NCBI GenBank assembly: GCA_964016885.1
Contig: OZ024752.1
Coordinates: 38,998,001-39,062,000, forward strand
Length of the DNA stretch: 64,000 bases
Reading direction: 5' to 3'
Source of the DNA: Eledone cirrhosa
Taxonomy: Eukaryota
Shown here piece by piece: positions 58,423 to 64,000 of this stretch. Both the position numbers and the translations under genes were made by a program. Below the pieces are notes generated by a model that saw only the letters and a list, made by a program, of their open reading frames with translations, did not search any database and was not told the origin of the DNA. Each line of letters begins with the position of its first letter. Positions within the stretch are counted from its first letter, which is position 1.

Positions 58423-58616
58423 CACACACACACACACATATATATACACAGTAGGTTATCTGTGCATTCCATGTGCATATATGTACAATTTTCTATTATA
58501 TTTACTGCTATGTAAATGATTTATAAATATGTAGATTAGATGTATACAGGACTACGACAAATGGTGATCTATGTGATGGAAACGAAAGCAATGGCAGTCG
58601 TCTGCTTGTATTTCTA

Positions 58617-58957
58617 GTGATGGTGTAAACGATGATGATGGTGGTGGTGGTGGTGGCGGTGGTGGCGATGATGGTGATGATGATGATGGCCATGATGGTG
58701 ATGGCGGTGGTGGCGATGATGGTGATGATGATGATGGCCATGATGGTGATGGCGGTGGTGGCGATGATGGTGATGATGATGATGGCCATGATGGTGATGG
58801 CGGTGGTGGCGATGATAGTGGTGGTGGTGGTGATGGTCATGATGGCGATGGTGGTGGCGATGATGGTGATGGTGGTGATGGTGATGATGATGGCGATGGT
58901 GACGATGGTGGCGATGATGATGGTGATGGCGATGATGATGACGACGATGGCGATGAT
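58617..58957. repeat. (GAT/GGT/GGC)n trinucleotide repeat
   Basis: Visible. Confidence 0.95.
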
Positions 58958-58994
58958 ACTGATGATTACTGATACACACATATATATATATGTA

Positions 58995-59889
58995 TCATCA
59001 TCATCATCGTTTAACGTCCATCTTCCACGCTTGCATGGGTTTGGACGGGAGTTTTCCCACTTGAGGCAAGAGTGGTTGTCTTGCTCGCATAGGACTGTCT
59101 GGCGGGTTTTCTACGGTTGGATGCCCTTCCTAACACCAACCACATTTACAGTGTGGGGCTGGGAGGTTTTTACCGTGTTACCTACACGGCCACATTACAG
59201 CGTGGACTATCTGGCGGGTTTTCTACGGCTGGATGCCCTTCCTAACACCAACCACGTTTACAGTGTGGGGCTGGGAGGTTTTTACCGTGTTACCTACACG
59301 GCCACATTACAGCGTGGACTGTCTGGCGGGTTTTCTACGGCTGGATGCCCTTCCTAACACCAACCACGTTTACAGTGTGGGGCTGGGAGGTTTTTACCAT
59401 GTTGCCTACACGGCCACATTACAGCGTGGACTGGACTGTCTGGCGGGTTTTCTACAGCTGGATGCCCTTCCTAACACCAACCACATTTACAGTGTGGGGC
59501 TGGGAGGTTTTTACCGTGTTGCCTACACGGCCACATTTACAGCGTGGACTGTGTGTTTTTTTATCGTGACACCTACACGACCTCATTTGTTTCGGCCTGG
59601 ATGTTGTGGTACCAACATAACTTTACATTGAAAGGGGTGGTGTGGATGGGGTGGGGGTAGTGGGACGGGGGTGTATTTTTGTTAGAGGTGCCTACTGACT
59701 GTAGTAGGTTTTACTTTGTATTTAGGTAAGGCGGGTCTTCTGTATTACTGTGTAGCGCCAAAGATTTCGGTCCAGTGACATTGTCTTGGAGAGGTGTAAG
59801 TGTGTGAGGTCGGAATTTATCAGGTCATCCCAGGTTTTTCTGGGTCTGCCTACTCCGTGGCTACCGTCTATTTTTATCGCCCTGCACTT
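58995..59889 (-). mobile_element. 3' end of RTE LINE (same family as 21154-22152) with a ~112-bp module repeated four times
   Basis: Reverse complement of 21605-22152; repeated ggatgcccttcctaacaccaaccac blocks. Confidence 0.88.
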
Positions 59890-59908
59890 TTTTTAATTTT
59901 TTATACAG

Positions 59909-59940
<32 letters not shown>

Positions 59941-60030
59941 TGTAAATATATACATATACATATATATATATATTTATGTATATATATATAATATAAGGAA
60001 CTTGTTCTTTGTTTTTATTCATTGTTTTTA

Positions 60031-60115
<85 letters not shown>

Positions 60116-60188
60116 ATATATGTATATACATATATAAATATATATATACATACATACATATATATATATGTATATATATATATGTATG

Positions 60189-60220
<32 letters not shown>

Positions 60221-60263
60221 TATCATTATACAAATATATACATACAGGAATATATATATGTAC

Positions 60264-60341
<78 letters not shown>

Positions 60342-60416
60342 ATATGTATATATATGTAGAATGATATATATATATATGTCTGTATATATGTATATATATG
60401 TACAAGGATATATATG

Positions 60417-60462
<46 letters not shown>

Positions 60463-60463
<1 letters not shown>

Positions 60464-61258
60464 TAGCAGCAGTACCCAGCGTTGCCTGGGTAGGTAAAAT
60501 AATATCTGCTTTGATGAAAAGGTGTTGATCTTAGCGACTGCTTCTCGATGACTCATCTATGGCCACACACAGGCCATGCGGGGGAGGGTGGTGATAACCT
60601 CTATCACTGAGAAACGCGGGTGTCTGACGAAGGGGCATGCTATGGGAGGGATTTTCGAATTTGAACGAAATCGGTTGAAAAATGTGGGAGCTAGAGCCGA
60701 AAAGGCGGAAATTTGAGCGAAAAGGTGGCATTTTCGAATATTTAAGCGGCTGCAACGCCGTTCCTGAACAAAAAATCCAAAATGTAAAGCCACTTTAAGA
60801 CGTGAAATAATCAGATCTAGCGTAGTGTAAAATTTGAACAAAGTAGGTTGATTAATGTGGGAGCTAGAGCGGAAATTTGAGTCTAAAAGTGATATTTTTG
60901 AATATTTAAGCGGCTGCCACGCCGCCCCTGGACAACAAATGCAAAATATAAAGCCATTACAGGATGTGCAATGATAAATTCTATTTTGCTTTAAAATTTG
61001 AACGAAATCGGTGGCAAAATGTGGGAGCTAGAGCCCAAAATCTTATTTTTCGATACCTAAAACACGGTGCCCCCCCCCCCCCCCAGCGATTTGTATCTGC
61101 AGAATGACCCCGGAATAAAAAAAACGATACGCTGATATATAGCAAACACTCCCCGATGACTAATCAATGAGCCTGTAAAGTTTCATGAAAATCGGTCGTA
61201 AGTTGTAGGCCCCTATAGGTAATACACAGACACACAGACACACACACATACTTAAATA
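60463..61258 (-). mobile_element. Non-autonomous Helitron
   Basis: Minus strand ends ACCCAGGCAACGCTGGGT-ACTGCTG-CTAG|T; 5' region has a short TG/TC repeat and accgattttcatgaaactt; three internal repeats of aatgtgggagctagagc. Confidence 0.7.
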
Positions 61259-61295
<37 letters not shown>

Positions 61296-62802
61296 GGTAA
61301 GCAATATACATAGAGGTCAAGCTCATTGGACAGACAAAGTATGCAGTATCTATTCTATCCTCGACTAAAACTGTAGATATTAATTTTCAAATATAAAAAC
61401 AATAAGTAATATTATAAAGATGTTAATCAAGGTATAAAGCTGAATGCATTATTCAGTAAATGGTTAATATTTTTCTGTGAAAGAGATACAAATTTTTCAC
61501 AGCTTTTAACTTCACTGCATATACCAACATGTGACGGAATTATACCCACGCATCCTGAGTGAATTTTTTTAAGCGTATAGTAAACGTATAATAACATGAA
61601 GTCAAAATGTATTTTTTGCTTTCACTGTTTATCATTACAGAGTGAGAATTGTGTGGGTATACATCGTCTGCCTGTGGTAACTGAGTTAAGTTTTAGAAGT
61701 GATATCAGTCCCAGACTCAGCTGCTTCTGGCTGACAGGATCTCATTTTCTCCACAAACATATCACCTTTTCTGAATACGAAGCCAGAAAGATGAAACTGG
61801 ATATAAAATTAATGTAAAAGTGGCTTAACAGAACAAAAAATGGTGGGCGATTGGAAAATTTAGTGTTCGATATAGGATTTTGAGTATTATGACGATATAT
61901 TTTCAACATATGCTACCCCTCTATACAAATAAATATTCATAGGAGATAGGCAAAAAATCTGTATAAAAGCGAAACAGAACAGGAGGCTAAATGGTAATAA
62001 CAAACCAGTAATAAACTTTTACCAAACGTTTTTGGTATGGTTTTGATTATTTACTTTACAAGTGGATGGTGGAAATTTTTCCAATTGAAAGAAAGTGGGT
62101 GATGACGCAATTTAGGGGTCGGGAACCCTTACTATAGAGTGTTCTAAAGGTCTTGTCACCTAGTCATCGACTTAGATCTGGCTGAAGAAAATGGCAATAA
62201 TCTCAAAGAGATGATTGAAACATGCAAAAAACAAATTGAAACTTTGTGAGTCGTTAGTTATTAGAAGGTTAGGATTTTTTTCAACACGCTGATGCGCGTG
62301 TGTGTATGTGTGTGTATGTGCAAATGCATACCTTTATATGTATGTGTGTGTATGTGCATGTGAAAATAAATGCATACATTTATATGTATGTGTGTGTATG
62401 TGCCACTGCATGCATTTATATGTATGAGTATATAAATATAAATGTGCAAACACAGACACACTTTAAAAATACACATTCAGACATACATACATTCACACAT
62501 TCACACAAACACACACATACATACATTCACACAAACACACACATACACACATTCACGCAAACACATACACACATTCACACAAACACACACATACATTCAC
62601 ACAAACACACACATACACAACATAACAAACGAAACGCCATCCGCTATTTTCTTATAGTTTTTCCACCACCCCCTCCCTTTCTTTTACACACACATACATT
62701 CACGCAGGCAACAAACGCAAAGAGAGAGGAGTAGTATGAGGTAGTCAAACTACTCCCCTCTCTTTACGTGTTGTGACAGAATCACAGAAATTTATTTACC
62801 TA

Positions 62803-63349
62803 CTAGACCACTCGTGACCCGTCGGGTCACGTTCGCTTCAAAATATAAAAAAAAAATCATGTTCACTTAAAAATAATTTTTAAATAATAAAAATAGACAC
62901 AGACATGTATATAATGTGAAATGAAACTGGAAGGCCCATATATATACGTGGATGGTGGATGGGTGCTACACGAGTATGTTGAGGATGGCTCTGAACATTA
63001 ATCAGTATACACTGAGGATGAAAAACTCAGAGCTGTATGGGAGCATCCCAAAAGTCAGCTCAAAAGTGACACAGAGGAGACTGAGGTTAGCTGGACATGC
63101 TCACCGACATCCAGAGTTGACATTGCACTCAGTGATCCTGTGGGAGCCCCTACATGGATACACTAGAAGAGGAAGACCAAGGTTAACGTATGTTGATGCC
63201 CTAAGGACAGACACTGGTCTGTTGGAGACGCAGGACATGGCAGCGATAATGAGGGACAGAGACCGCTGGAGAGAACTCGTCCATGGATCTTGGGAATTTT
63301 ACCCGCCTTAGAAAAATGTATATATATATAAATGTGTGTGTGTGTATGC

Positions 63350-63381
<32 letters not shown>

Positions 63382-63454
63382 ATATATATATATGTGAATG
63401 TCTGTGATATGTATACACTGGTCATAGACACACACACACATATATACACACATT

Positions 63455-63517
<63 letters not shown>

Positions 63518-63527
63518 CTACTCCACC

Positions 63528-63579
<52 letters not shown>

Positions 63580-63869
63580 CTCCTTCTCTGTTTCCTTCTC
63601 TCTCCCTCTCTATGTTTCCCTTTCAATCTACTCTCTCACAACCACTATCTCTTTCTCTCTATCCTTCTCTCTCCCTATTTATGAAGGTATCCAGAAAAAC
63701 CCATATCTTGGGAACCCGTGCTCCGATTTACGCGAAACTTGTTTTTTCCATTTGTATTCCCATTTCAGGGGCAACTTTTTTCAAAGTATTTTCCTATTAT
63801 GCGCCCTTTTGGCTGTATTACATTACAGAAAAGCAAGCAAGCAATCACAGACTTTTAGTAATATATAGA
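62803..63869 (-). mobile_element. Putative Helitron enclosing an RTE fragment
   Basis: Minus 5' end A|TCTATATATTACTAAAAG; 3' end CGTGACCCGACGGGTCACG-AGTGGT-CTAG|T. Confidence 0.55.
62952..63311 (+). mobile_element. C-terminal fragment of an RTE-like LINE (third family)
   Basis: DGCYTSMLRMALN...NSELYG...RRLRLAGH..RH...LWEP..G..RRGRPRLTYVD.L..DTGL. Confidence 0.8.
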
Positions 63870-64000
63870 TATAGATAGAGGACGCGAGTTAGTCTCATTC
63901 TTAGATCAATCAAAAAGCAATTTGTAATGTCAAACAAACAAAGAAAAGAGCTCCATGCTTTCTTTCTATTTTCTCCATTTGATAACAACTCATCACAAGT

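Overview
AT-rich, microsatellite- and transposon-dense animal DNA. The SINE/RTE/MITE repertoire suggests an octopus or other coleoid cephalopod (inference). The + strand carries the 3' ~70% of an importin-7 (IPO7/msk) gene: 20 GT-AG coding exons from 663 to the TGA at 29437-29439, phases consistent throughout, ~736 aa, possibly followed by a long 3' UTR. Its introns hold RTE and CRE-like LINE fragments, CORE-type and Nin/Deu-type tRNA SINEs, a decayed piggyBac with its derived TTAA MITE family, a Helitron, large minisatellites (40, 80, 30 and 14 bp units), a minimal hammerhead ribozyme and a candidate H/ACA snoRNA. No host gene is evident downstream of ~36.7 kb. The highlight there is a nearly intact Naiad-type Penelope-like retroelement (RT + GIY-YIG, one homopolymer frameshift) whose upstream pseudo-LTR region folds into a complete type I hammerhead ribozyme. 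All family assignments are from recalled motifs; no searches were run.
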